This document shows positions 8,308 through 17,904 of a stretch of 64,000 bases of DNA, in pieces. The stretch is from Candidatus Sumerlaeia bacterium. GTDB taxonomy: Bacteria > Sumerlaeota > Sumerlaeia > SLMS01 > JANRJK01. The notes beneath the pieces were generated by a model, which ran no database searches, was not told the origin of the DNA, and saw only the letters and a list, made by a program, of their open reading frames with translations. Position 1 is the stretch's first letter; each line of letters starts with the position of its first letter. The stretch is taken from assembly GCA_033764015.1 (NCBI GenBank), contig JANRJK010000014.1, positions 64,001 to 128,000 of the forward strand, given 5' to 3'. Position numbers and translations under genes: made by a program.

Positions 8308-10632
8308 GATCTCGCGCCGCAGCCGATGCACACGTTCAAGTGGGCGGTCGATCTCGACGCGGACGCGGCGAATGGCTGGCTGGGGCTCGGCGACGAGTTC
8401 CGCGTGACGGACGGCGCGGCGCGCACCGTGTGGTTCTTCGAGCCGCCGGAGGAGTCGAAGCTGTCGCGCGTCGAGCTGGAAGCGAAGTACGGCCTCGACC
8501 TGTCGGGCGCACGCGCGCCGGTGCCGGTGCGCGGCGGCGAGGCGTTCGCCTTCACCGCCGAGGCGCCGGACGCGGAGATGGTGTTCCTGCCGGGAAGTTT
8601 CAACGCCTTCGCCGACAACAAGGACGGCGCGGTCGTGTCGCCGCGCTTCCGCATGTACCGCATGGACGGCGGCGTGTGGCTGCGGATCCTGCCGCTGGCG
8701 CACGGGACGGTGCGCTACAAGTTCGCCGCGCGCGGCGCGGACGGGCGCTTCCGCTGGTTCCCCGATCCGCACGTTGCCGCGCGCGACGGGGACGAAAACT
8801 CACTGCTGGATCTGCGCGCGCTGATGCCGGAGCGCTACACCTCGGCGGTGCCCGGGCGCGCGTTGGCCGTGGCTGAGGTCCCCGCGCTTCCCGCGTCCTC
8901 CGCGCCCGGGTCGCTGCGCGCGTCGCTCGCGCGCACCTGGGTCCGCCCCGGCGAGCCGCACCGCGTGACGTTCACGCGCACGGACGGCGGCGGCGCGGCG
9001 GAGACACTCCGCCTGCGCTACACGCGCGACCTGCTGCGCTGGGAGGCGGTCGAGCTGCCGCTCGGCGCGGCGCCGGTGGAGTTCACGATCGAGACCGCTC
9101 CCGGCGACGGCCCCGCGCTCCTGGTGGCGACGCTCGGCCCGGCGGACGCCCCGCGGGACCGCGCGCACCTCGCGCTGCCGGTGGCGGAAAACCCCTTCGA
9201 CGACCTGCGCTACGGCTTCTACGCGAACTGGGACCGCGTGGCGGAGGACTACGCGGGCAAGGCGGAGCTCAACGCGCGCCTGCTGCTGAACGCGATGGAG
9301 TACTACGACTACTTCCCCGCGCATGGCGATTACGACCCGTCGGAGGAGGTGTACGAGTTCGAGCCCTTCTACGGGCGCAAGGTGCACGTCGCCGACATCC
9401 GCGGGAAGATCGAGGCGGACCGCGCGCGGGGCATCCTCGCGGTCGCGTACATCGCCGCCTACGCGACGTCGAAGAGCGTTTTCGACGCGCACCCGTTCCC
9501 GATGACGAACGAAGCGGGCGAGAACCTCGTCTTCAACGGACGCGTCCTGCCGGAGCGCGAGGCGGACGGGAAGGGCGAGCGGAAGTGGTTCTGGCTGATG
9601 GCGATCGCGCGCGACTCGCCGTGGCACCCGGCGATCCTCGCGGAGCTGCGCCGCGCGCTGTTGGACGAGCCGGAGGGGCTGCTCGCCTTCGACGGCTTCG
9701 AGATCGACTCCTACGGCCATGCGGAGTCGGAGCGCTACTTCTCCGAGGGCAGCGCGCACCGCGGCAGGCTCCTCGCCGACGTGATCGCCGAGTTCATCGA
9801 GGACGTGTGGCGCATGGCCCACGAGGTGAAGGAGCACGCGGCGGTGTCGTTCAACTGCGTGTGCGAGTTCGGCATGGACCGCATGTACCACATCACGGAC
9901 TTCCTGTTCGTGGAGAACTGGGCGGGCTGCAAGCCGGGCATCGAGGAGACGGTGGACATTTGCCACCGGCACCGCGCGCCTGCGCGGCAGCGGGCGGTGC
10001 TGAAGATCTACCCCGCGGACGCGGGCTACACCGATCCGGCGTACTTCCCGCCGGATCACCTGCGCTTGATGATGGGCATGTGCGTCACCGGGGGCGGCTC
10101 GCTGATGATCGCGGGCGAGCCCGACGAGCGCACCGGCCAAACGCGCGCGCTCAACACGCTCTACTACCCCGACAACGTCGCGCTGCCGGAGGAGAACGTG
10201 CGCATCATCGAGGCGTACAACCGCTTCGACGCGCTGCTCTACGGCTTCAACCACGGGCGGAGCGTGGCGAACCTGCCGCTGGCGTTCTACCTCCCCGGTT
10301 GCGTGGCGCGCGGGTTCGAGAACGAGCGCGGCGACGTCGCGGTGCTGCTGCTGCACCATGGCGAGCAGGCGCTGTGGAGCACGCCGCGCCCGCCGGTGGA
10401 GCCGTTGCGCGCGCGCGAGGTCGCCATCGACGTCCCCGCAGGACGCGAGTTCACGCGCGTCCTGTACCTGTCGCCGGACAGCGAGGCGCTGCAGGCTCCC
10501 GTCGAGCTCGATTTCGAGCGCACGGCGACGCATGTCCGCGCGGTTGTGCCGGAGCTGCACACCACGGGCGCGCTGATCCTAGTCGCCGCGCGCGGCGGCA
10601 ACCCAACCACCGGCGAGGAGCCAACCCCATGA
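8062..10632 (+). CDS. Secreted GH66-like glycoside hydrolase with N-terminal DDGxHGD and CBM48-like modules
   Basis: ATGA overlap and signal peptide. RYGFY, NAMEYYDY, FDGFEIDSYG and DFLFVENW. Paralogous to 1708..4176. Confidence 0.72.
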   Translation: MRLRAATAALLAAAAAQAGTVTLLYDDTGSATRAEAVYHVASWNPDSGLPDPGWSGYARRPMFDDGQHGDGAAGDGVWGARVDLAPQPMHTFKWAVDLDADAANGWLGLGDEFRVTDGAARTVWFFEPPEESKLSRVELEAKYGLDLSGARAPVPVRGGEAFAFTAEAPDAEMVFLPGSFNAFADNKDGAVVSPRFRMYRMDGGVWLRILPLAHGTVRYKFAARGADGRFRWFPDPHVAARDGDENSLLDLRALMPERYTSAVPGRALAVAEVPALPASSAPGSLRASLARTWVRPGEPHRVTFTRTDGGGAAETLRLRYTRDLLRWEAVELPLGAAPVEFTIETAPGDGPALLVATLGPADAPRDRAHLALPVAENPFDDLRYGFYANWDRVAEDYAGKAELNARLLLNAMEYYDYFPAHGDYDPSEEVYEFEPFYGRKVHVADIRGKIEADRARGILAVAYIAAYATSKSVFDAHPFPMTNEAGENLVFNGRVLPEREADGKGERKWFWLMAIARDSPWHPAILAELRRALLDEPEGLLAFDGFEIDSYGHAESERYFSEGSAHRGRLLADVIAEFIEDVWRMAHEVKEHAAVSFNCVCEFGMDRMYHITDFLFVENWAGCKPGIEETVDICHRHRAPARQRAVLKIYPADAGYTDPAYFPPDHLRLMMGMCVTGGGSLMIAGEPDERTGQTRALNTLYYPDNVALPEENVRIIEAYNRFDALLYGFNHGRSVANLPLAFYLPGCVARGFENERGDVAVLLLHHGEQALWSTPRPPVEPLRAREVAIDVPAGREFTRVLYLSPDSEALQAPVELDFERTATHVRAVVPELHTTGALILVAARGGNPTTGEEPTP

Positions 10633-12884
10633 GACGTAACCCGATTCGGCAGACGATCCTCGCGGCGGTGGCGGCGGGCGCGCTTCCCGCGCTCGCGGCG
10701 GCGCAGGGCACCGCGTCGCTCACCCCTGCGTTCCCGCCGCGCGGCACGACGGCGACGGTGACGTACAATGCCACGGGCGGGCCGCTCGCCGCGGCTCCGG
10801 CGGTGACGATGACGGTGGGCTTCAACGGGTTCCAGAACGCCGTGGATGTTCCGCTGACCGGCGCGGCGCCGAACTGGAGCGGGACGTTCTCCGTCCCCGC
10901 GAACGCGACCGGTATCGACGTGGTGTTCAAGAACCCGGCGGGCTCGATCTTCGACAACAACGGCGGCTTCGGCCGCGACTGGCACTTCGTTGCGGCGGAG
11001 GCGCTGGGCTTCAATCCGGGCGCGGAGAAGGTTCCCGCCGGCGTGGGCGGCGGCTACCTGTTCCGCGTGTGGGCGCCGGACGTGGCCTCCATGTCCGTGG
11101 TTGGCGAGTTCAACAGCTTCATCACGGACCGCGACCTGATGGTGCTCGATCCAGCGACCGGCGTGTGGAGCGCGCACATCGCGTCCGCGGCCGCTGGGCA
11201 GGAGTACAAGTTCCTGATCGACGGCACGGAGTACCGGCGCGACCCGCGCGGGAGGCAAGTGCGCGGCGGCTTCGACAACTCCGTGATCGTGGACCCGTCG
11301 GCGTTCACGTTCACCGCGCCGCGCGCGGGCACGGCGGACAGCTTCCGCGACTGGGTGGTCTACGAGATGCACGTGGGCTCGCTCGACTCCGCGGGAGGCC
11401 GGTTCACCGACCTGGTGCCCGGGCGGCTGGACTACCTCGAAGCGCTCGGCGTCAACGCCGTGCACCTGATGCCGGTGAACGAGTTCCCCGGCAGCTTCTC
11501 GGGCGGCTACAATCCGACCGAGCTGTTCGCGATCGAACGGGCCTATGGGACGCCGGACGAGTTCCGCGCCTTCGTCGAGGCGTGCCATGCGCGCGGCATC
11601 GCGGTGATCGTCGACGTCGTGCACAACCACTACGGACCGGGCGGCCTCGACCTGTACGACTTCCAGGACCTGAACCGCAACTCGCTGCGCGACGCGCCGG
11701 GGATCTACTTCTACGATTCGCCGCCCGAGCTGGCGGAGACGCCCTTCGGCCCGCGCCCCGACTACAGCGAGCCGCAGGTGCGCGACTTCATCGCCGACTC
11801 GGTCCGCATGTTCCTCGACGAGTACAACGTCGACGGCTTCCGCTGGGACTTCACCAAGGCGATCCGCGGCACGGTGGATGGCTCGTTCAACATCACCGCG
11901 GACCTGGCGGACGGCGTGTCGCTGCTGCAGGACATCCATGCGAACATCTTCGGCCCGAACCCGGACCTGTTCTCGACGGCGGAGGACCTCGCGGGCGATG
12001 CGCGCCTGACGAATCCGGTCCTCGCGGTGAGCGGCAACCCGAACGACGGCTTCGGCTTCGACTCGCAGTGGGACGGCGGCTTCCTGTTCTTCCTAAACAA
12101 CCAGCTCAGGCAGGCGAACGACGCGCTGATCGATATGAACGCCGTGGCGATCGCGGCCAGCGGCTCCTTCCAGCGCATGCACTACGTCGAGTCGCACGAC
12201 GAAGTGTGGGCGATCAACGGCACGGGCAAGGACCGGATGCCGTACCGGATCGACCCGGCGGACCCGGAGAGCCTGCGCGCGCGCAAGATGTCCGCCCTCG
12301 GCGCCTGCCTCCTGTTCACCACGGAGGGGATCCCGATGCTCTTCATGGGGAGCGAAATCCTCGAGAGCGGCGGCGCGGACGGCTCCTGGGATGTGGACGA
12401 GCCGATCGACTTCTCCCGGCTTTCCGACCCCGACATCTCCGGCTTCCGCGACCTGTACTCGGCGCTGATCCACCTGCGCCGCAACCTCGACGGGCTCTCC
12501 GCCGGGCTCCTTGGCGATAGCACGAACGTCTTCCACGTGAACGACACGTCGAAGGTGATCGCCTACGCGCGCTCGAACGGCGGGACGAACCCCGGCGACA
12601 CGGTCGTGGTGCTGGCGAACTTTTCGAACACGTCGTTCGCGGGCGGGTACGACATCGGCCTGCCGGAGGGCGGCACCTGGTACGAAGTGCTGAACAGCGA
12701 CGACGCGGCGTTCGGCACGGATTTCGGCGGGGTGGGTGCGGGCCAGGCCGTCGCCGCCAGCGGCGGCGCGCTGCACGGCTTCGGCCAAAGCGGCACCGTC
12801 GGCATCGCCCCCCGCAGCTTCGTCGTACTCTCACGCGCGAACCCGGCGAGCGCCGGCGTCGGCGACTGGAGGATCTTCGAGTGA
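10629..12884 (+). CDS. Secreted GH13 alpha-amylase-family enzyme (trehalohydrolase/branching-enzyme-like) with starch-binding modules and Trp tag
   Basis: ATGA overlap and signal peptide. FRVWAP, YEMHVG, DVVHNH, DGFRWD (nucleophile), TAEDL (acid/base) and ESHDE. Ends AGVGDWRIFE. Confidence 0.88.
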   Translation: MRRNPIRQTILAAVAAGALPALAAAQGTASLTPAFPPRGTTATVTYNATGGPLAAAPAVTMTVGFNGFQNAVDVPLTGAAPNWSGTFSVPANATGIDVVFKNPAGSIFDNNGGFGRDWHFVAAEALGFNPGAEKVPAGVGGGYLFRVWAPDVASMSVVGEFNSFITDRDLMVLDPATGVWSAHIASAAAGQEYKFLIDGTEYRRDPRGRQVRGGFDNSVIVDPSAFTFTAPRAGTADSFRDWVVYEMHVGSLDSAGGRFTDLVPGRLDYLEALGVNAVHLMPVNEFPGSFSGGYNPTELFAIERAYGTPDEFRAFVEACHARGIAVIVDVVHNHYGPGGLDLYDFQDLNRNSLRDAPGIYFYDSPPELAETPFGPRPDYSEPQVRDFIADSVRMFLDEYNVDGFRWDFTKAIRGTVDGSFNITADLADGVSLLQDIHANIFGPNPDLFSTAEDLAGDARLTNPVLAVSGNPNDGFGFDSQWDGGFLFFLNNQLRQANDALIDMNAVAIAASGSFQRMHYVESHDEVWAINGTGKDRMPYRIDPADPESLRARKMSALGACLLFTTEGIPMLFMGSEILESGGADGSWDVDEPIDFSRLSDPDISGFRDLYSALIHLRRNLDGLSAGLLGDSTNVFHVNDTSKVIAYARSNGGTNPGDTVVVLANFSNTSFAGGYDIGLPEGGTWYEVLNSDDAAFGTDFGGVGAGQAVAASGGALHGFGQSGTVGIAPRSFVVLSRANPASAGVGDWRIFE

Positions 12885-13720
12885 GCCCCCGCATGCTGTT
12901 CCACGCCGCGATGGCCGCCGCCTCGCTGCTGATCGCATCCGCCCGCGCCGAGGACATGGACGGCGCAGCGCTGAACATCCCCTACCGCGAAGCGTCCGAC
13001 GCAACGCTCGACGACTACGCGCGCGAGCGCTGCGTGCTCGACCTGCACCTGCCGGAAGGCGTCGAGCGCTTCCCCACGGTGGTGTGGTTCCACGGCGGCG
13101 GAATCAAGGGGGGCGAGAAGCACTTCCCCGAGGAGCTGCGCGGCGCGGGCATCGCCGTCGCCGCGGTGAACTACCGCCTCTCGCCGCGGGCGAAGGTCGA
13201 GGACGCCATCGACGACGCCGCCGCGGCGACGGCGTGGGTGCTCCGCGAGATCGAATCGCGCGGCGGCGACCCGGAGCGAGTGTTCGTCTCGGGACACTCC
13301 GCCGGCGGGTACCTGGCGATGATGGTGGGGCTGGACAAGTCGCGGCTCCCGAAGCACGGCGCGCAGCCGGCGCAACTCGCGGGCATCGTCCCGTTCAGCG
13401 GGCACACGATCACGCACTTCACGATCCGCGAGGAGCGCGGCATCCCCGACACGCGCCCCGTGGTGGACGAGTACGCGCCGCTCTACCACGTCGCGGCGGA
13501 CGCGCCGCCGCTGCTGCTGGTCACCGGCGACCGCGAGATGGAGCTGCTGGGGCGGTACGAGGAGAACGCCTACATGGCCCGGATGATGAAGGTCGCGGGC
13601 CACACGCGGACCGAGCTGCGCGAGCTGCAGGGCTTCGACCACGGCGGCATGGCCAAGCCGGCGCATGAGCTGCTGAAGGCGTTCGTCCGCCGCGTCGGCG
13701 GGGAGGAGCGCCCGGAGTAG
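12881..13720 (+). CDS. Alpha/beta hydrolase (esterase/lipase)
   Basis: FHGGG oxyanion motif, GHSAGG nucleophile elbow, C-terminal DHG and a signal peptide. Confidence 0.88.
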   Translation: MSPRMLFHAAMAAASLLIASARAEDMDGAALNIPYREASDATLDDYARERCVLDLHLPEGVERFPTVVWFHGGGIKGGEKHFPEELRGAGIAVAAVNYRLSPRAKVEDAIDDAAAATAWVLREIESRGGDPERVFVSGHSAGGYLAMMVGLDKSRLPKHGAQPAQLAGIVPFSGHTITHFTIREERGIPDTRPVVDEYAPLYHVAADAPPLLLVTGDREMELLGRYEENAYMARMMKVAGHTRTELRELQGFDHGGMAKPAHELLKAFVRRVGGEERPE

Positions 13721-13734
13721 CGGCGATTCGCCGC

Positions 13735-14445
13735 TCACCGCCCTCCGAACACGTGGCGGTAGGCAAGCCGCGCGGTGAAGATGTTCAGGAAGAAGTGGAA
13801 CGCCATCGCGGGCCAGAGCGCGCCCGCGCCGAGGTAGAGCAGGCAGAGCGCGAGGCCCATGGCGGCGGTCTTCGCGATGCCGGCGGGGCCCTGGTAGCCG
13901 TGGCAGGCGCCGAAGAGCGCGGCGGCCAGCGGCGCGGCGGCCCACCACGGCAGCACCGCCCCGAGGTACCAGAGGAGGAAGCCGCGGAAGACGATCTCCT
14001 CGGCTACGGCCGCCATGGCGGAGAGCGCGGCGAAGAGGACGAACTCGCGCGGGGTGCGCGGGAGGATCAGCTCGAGCCCGCCGCGGAGCGAATCGGCGAG
14101 CTCGCGGTCGAGCCAGGAGCGGACGCGCGCGGAGCGCGCCGCGGCGGCGGGGACCGCGAGCAGCGCGAGCGCCGTGGTGGCGGTGGATGCGGAGGCGAGC
14201 GCCCACGCGGGGCCGTCGCCGGCGCCCAGCCCCAGCGAGGCGAAGGGCCGCCCCGCCCAGGCCCACCAGCCGAGCAGCGCCGCGAGCGCCGCGGCCATCG
14301 CGCCGATGGTGGCGAGGTACGTCCCCGTCCGGCTGACCGGCTCCGCGTCCGCCGTGGCTGCGGGCGCCGCGTTCATGCGCCAGACGGAGTAGACCGGGAA
14401 GGCGCCGGCGGCGAGGAGGAACAGCAGGTGGTCGGGCAGGTGCAT
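13735..14445 (-). CDS. CPBP (CAAX protease/Abi) intramembrane glutamic endopeptidase
   Basis: EEIVFRG, FGACH and HFFLN motifs. Hydrophobic. ATG 14445. Confidence 0.9.
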   Translation of the reverse strand: MHLPDHLLFLLAAGAFPVYSVWRMNAAPAATADAEPVSRTGTYLATIGAMAAALAALLGWWAWAGRPFASLGLGAGDGPAWALASASTATTALALLAVPAAAARSARVRSWLDRELADSLRGGLELILPRTPREFVLFAALSAMAAVAEEIVFRGFLLWYLGAVLPWWAAAPLAAALFGACHGYQGPAGIAKTAAMGLALCLLYLGAGALWPAMAFHFFLNIFTARLAYRHVFGGR

Positions 14446-14512
14446 AGTTGGGCGCGGCCACGGTGAACTCGCCCGTTGGCCCGGCGCAAGGAAGGCGCGG
14501 ATCGTGCCCGCC

Positions 14513-16228
14513 ATGAGCGACGCCGCCCCGCCCCCGGAGTCCGACCGGCGCACCCTCGACGCGTGGGCGCTCGCCGCCGCGCTCGGGTCGATCCTGCTGC
14601 AGGGGCACCGCTTCGGCCAAGGCAACCACGAGATTTTCCTCCCGGCCATGCGCCGCGTCCTGGACGCCTCGCACCTCGCGGGCGACTGGGTGCTGGCGAC
14701 GCCGCCGGGGCATCCGCTGACGACCTATCCGCTGGCGTGGCTTTCGGTGCCGCTGGGCGAGTCGTGGACGATGCTGTTGGCGCAGTTGGCGACTAGGTTC
14801 CTGTTGTTCGCGGGACTTTGGCGGTTCGGGCGCGCGCTGCTGCCGGAGCTGCCTCGGTTCGGCTGCCTCGTGATGATGCTGGTGGTGGTGTTCGAGCCGC
14901 GGATGCGGATCGGCGGCCACTACCTGCAGGGCCCCGCCTGGGAGTCCGCGCACCTCGGGATGGCGGCGGCGCTGTGGATGTCGGCGGCGGGGGCGCGATG
15001 GGTCGCGGAACCCGCCTCGCGAGCCGCCGCGCTTCGCTTCGGCGCGCTGGCGGGGCTGGCGCTTTGCGCGCACCTGTTCATCGGGCTGCCGCTGGCGGGG
15101 GTCGTGTTCGGGGCGGCGCTGTTGGCGCGCGCGCCGCTGACGGCGTTGGCGTCGACGGGGGGAACGATGCTGGCGCTGGGCGCGCCCGCGTGGGTGCCCG
15201 CCGCGCAGGGGTTCCTCGCGGACGGATCGGCGGGGTTGTCGGCGGCGGAGACCATCGCGCTGCTCCAGTGGCGCCATCCGCACCACCACATGCCGTGGAC
15301 ATGGCGCGTGGTGGATTGGCTCCAGTTCGCCCTCGTGTTCGGGGCGGTGGCTTGGATGTCGGCTCGGCTGGGCGCGCGGGCGCTGCTGCCACGCGTGTTC
15401 CTTGCTTACTACGTGGTCGCGGGCTTGGTCTTCGTTGCGTGCGGGTGGTGGCTGGTGGCGCCGGTGGTGGCGTACTTCCAGAGCTTCCGCGCGGCGGGGA
15501 TCGTGTGGGTGCTGCTGGCGGCGCTGTTCGCGGACGCGGCGTGCCGCGCGGAGGGGTGGCGGTGGATCGCGTACCTCGTCCTCGCCATGCTGGGCCGCAC
15601 CGCACCCGGGCTCGCCGCCACGCTCCCGGTGACCGCGAGCCCGCGCGCGCTTCGAGCCGACCTGCCGGATCCGGGCGCACGCTGGGCGCTGGCGGTGGCA
15701 GGGTGCGGGGCCGCGCTGGTGGTCGCGCTCCAGACCGTCGCGCCGCTGCGGAACGCTCTCAACGAACTACGTTCCGACTACTGGCGCGTGGACCACACGG
15801 ACCGCGACGACGCGCGGGAGGAGCTCAACCGCTGGTTCCGCGAGCGCACGCCGACGGACGCGCTCGTCGTGATCCCGCCGGACCTGCCCGCGTTCCGCGT
15901 GGCCGCGCGCCGGGCGGTCTTCCTCGACATCAAGCACTTCCCCTACCGCGCGGCGGACCTCGCGGAGTGGTCGCGCCGCTACCGCCTGCTGACGGGCGAG
16001 GCGTCGCCGCTGGCGCGGAACTGGGAGCCGCAGGGCGCGCGCCCCCTCGCGATCCCCGACGGACCGCCCCCGGAGGTCGCCGCCGACTACTGGGTGTTCC
16101 GCCGCTCCGGGGAGCTCGACGCGCGGTGGGGAACGCTCGCGCCGGAGGGGCGCTGGCGCGAGGCGTTCCGCAACCGCGCCTACCTCGTCCTTGAACCGGT
16201 CACGGCGGCAGCACATTCATCGAGGTGA
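14513..16228 (+). CDS. Polytopic membrane protein (DUF6798-like, possibly GT-C fold)
   Basis: Many TM segments. GNHEIFLP..GDW, RHPHH and a C-terminal TPTDALVVIPP..FR..ARRAVF..KHFP block. Confidence 0.6.
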   Translation: MSDAAPPPESDRRTLDAWALAAALGSILLQGHRFGQGNHEIFLPAMRRVLDASHLAGDWVLATPPGHPLTTYPLAWLSVPLGESWTMLLAQLATRFLLFAGLWRFGRALLPELPRFGCLVMMLVVVFEPRMRIGGHYLQGPAWESAHLGMAAALWMSAAGARWVAEPASRAAALRFGALAGLALCAHLFIGLPLAGVVFGAALLARAPLTALASTGGTMLALGAPAWVPAAQGFLADGSAGLSAAETIALLQWRHPHHHMPWTWRVVDWLQFALVFGAVAWMSARLGARALLPRVFLAYYVVAGLVFVACGWWLVAPVVAYFQSFRAAGIVWVLLAALFADAACRAEGWRWIAYLVLAMLGRTAPGLAATLPVTASPRALRADLPDPGARWALAVAGCGAALVVALQTVAPLRNALNELRSDYWRVDHTDRDDAREELNRWFRERTPTDALVVIPPDLPAFRVAARRAVFLDIKHFPYRAADLAEWSRRYRLLTGEASPLARNWEPQGARPLAIPDGPPPEVAADYWVFRRSGELDARWGTLAPEGRWREAFRNRAYLVLEPVTAAAHSSR

Positions 16229-16865
16229 CGGAGAACGCCGCGCGGCGCAGCTCGTTGATGCTCTCCACCGCGATCGCCGCGACGCGGTTCACCTCGAGGT
16301 GCGCGAAGCGGTGCTCGATGCGTTCGGCGTCGTACTCCTCGAGGAAGAGGCGCAGCAGGTCGACCGCCCCGGCGAGGGAGACCAGCGCCCCCATGCGCGG
16401 CGACACCGCTCCGCCGTCCGCCAGCACGCGGATCTCCGCGTGGAGCTGCTTCTCCGGCGTGGAGTCGTGCAGCGGATAGGTGGTCCGGTGGAAGAGGAAC
16501 AGGAACCGGTCCTCGTGGCGCTCCAGGACGTCCTTGGCGACCAGTTCCTCGGAGAGGTCGTGAAGCAGGTTCGGCGTGGTGGCGACGTGCGAGATCCACG
16601 CGCGGAGCGGGAGCGGCTCGCCGCCGAGCAGCATCCGGTGGACGGCGCCGAGAACCCCCGCGGGAGGCTCGCCGGCGGCCTCGCGTCCGCGCGCGCGGCC
16701 ATCGGGCCCGATGTCGAGGAGGCCCCGCAGGTCGAGCTCGGCGAGGAGCGCGCCCGCGAGCGCGTCGTCGAAGTAGGGAAAGCACCGCCAGGCGAGCGTG
16801 CCCTTGCGGTCCTCGAGGCCGAGCAGCACGAGCTGCTCGGGGAGCGTGAGGTCTTGCGCGTTCAT
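16200..16865 (-). CDS. GPP34/GOLPH3(VPS74)-like protein
   Basis: LTLPEQLVLLGL..KG, ALAGALLAEL.LRG and RFLFLF..TTYP. RBS GGAGG. Confidence 0.75.
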   Translation of the reverse strand: MNAQDLTLPEQLVLLGLEDRKGTLAWRCFPYFDDALAGALLAELDLRGLLDIGPDGRARGREAAGEPPAGVLGAVHRMLLGGEPLPLRAWISHVATTPNLLHDLSEELVAKDVLERHEDRFLFLFHRTTYPLHDSTPEKQLHAEIRVLADGGAVSPRMGALVSLAGAVDLLRLFLEEYDAERIEHRFAHLEVNRVAAIAVESINELRRAAFSVTSMNVLPP

Positions 16866-17047
16866 GGTCCTGCCTCCTTTCCAACCGCTTGCAGGATACC
16901 ACCGGGGAGCCATGCCAACAAGAACAATCGGACCGGCGGCGCGGCCCCTTCCGCGGGATTACTGTTGGCGTCGGCGGCGCGCCCGGGCACGCTCACAGGC
17001 TCGCGGGGCATGGACAAGCGCTCCACCCCGCGCCGGGACACCAGGCG

Positions 17048-17896
17048 ATGAGCGACTTCGATCCGAACGAAACCCTGCGGCAGCTCTACGACCGTATCGA
17101 GGCGGCCAGCAGCGAAGGCCTCACCGAGGTCGCGCTGGCCCAGTGCGAGGAGGCCCTCGAACTGCTCGACGAGAACGAGGCCGAGGTCGAGGAGTTCACC
17201 CACGCCGACTTCCTGATGCTCGCCGGCCACACGCACTGGGTGGCGGGGAACCTCGAGGACGCGCAGCGCAGCTACCGCGGCGCCCTCGAGTACGAGCCGG
17301 ACCGCATCGACGCGCTGCTGGCGGTCGGCGTGACGCTGTTCCACCTTTGCCGCTTCGAAGCGGCCCGCGCGCAGCTCGAAGTGGTCAGCGCCGAGGAGCC
17401 CGAGGTCGGCGAGGCGTGGTACTACCTCGCCCTGCTGGCGCTGCGGCGCAACGACCCCGCGCTGGCGGACAATTTCTTCCGCCGCGCGAACGAACTCGAA
17501 CCGGAGCGCTGGGAACTCCCCGTGCAGCTACCCTTCGAGGAGGTCGTCGGCATCGTCCGCAATTTCTACAACGACATGCCGCCGGAGCTCCGCAAGGCGC
17601 TCGAGGGCGTCCCGATCCTCGCGGAGGAACGCCCCGCAGAGGCGCTCCTGTACTCGAACGATCCGCCGCTCGATCCGCTGCTGCTCGGGCTCTTCGACGG
17701 CACGCCGCTGCCGGAGCAGTCGGTCTTCAGCGTGGAGCTCGCGCCGCCGCACATCTACATCTTCACCGAGAACATCTCGCTGCTCGGCGGCACGCGCGAG
17801 AAGCTCGAGGAGGAGCTCTGGATCACGCTGAAGCACGAGATCGGGCACTACTTCGGGCTGAGCGAAGAGGAACTCGCCGAGCGCGGCCTCGAGTAG
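17048..17896 (+). CDS. TPR protein fused to a zincin-like (DUF1025) metallopeptidase
   Basis: TPR-like helices followed by LLGLFDG, IYIFTEN and TLKHEIGHYFG (HExxH). Confidence 0.85.
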   Translation: MSDFDPNETLRQLYDRIEAASSEGLTEVALAQCEEALELLDENEAEVEEFTHADFLMLAGHTHWVAGNLEDAQRSYRGALEYEPDRIDALLAVGVTLFHLCRFEAARAQLEVVSAEEPEVGEAWYYLALLALRRNDPALADNFFRRANELEPERWELPVQLPFEEVVGIVRNFYNDMPPELRKALEGVPILAEERPAEALLYSNDPPLDPLLLGLFDGTPLPEQSVFSVELAPPHIYIFTENISLLGGTREKLEEELWITLKHEIGHYFGLSEEELAERGLE

Positions 17897-17904
17897 CCCG
17901 GCCC

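Noticed and set aside
13735..14445. CPBP protease as the sorting enzyme for the C-terminal Trp tag
   Set aside because: Known CPBP-type sortases cut tags that have a TM helix, which this tag lacks. Convergent adjacency to the glycan locus is the only evidence.
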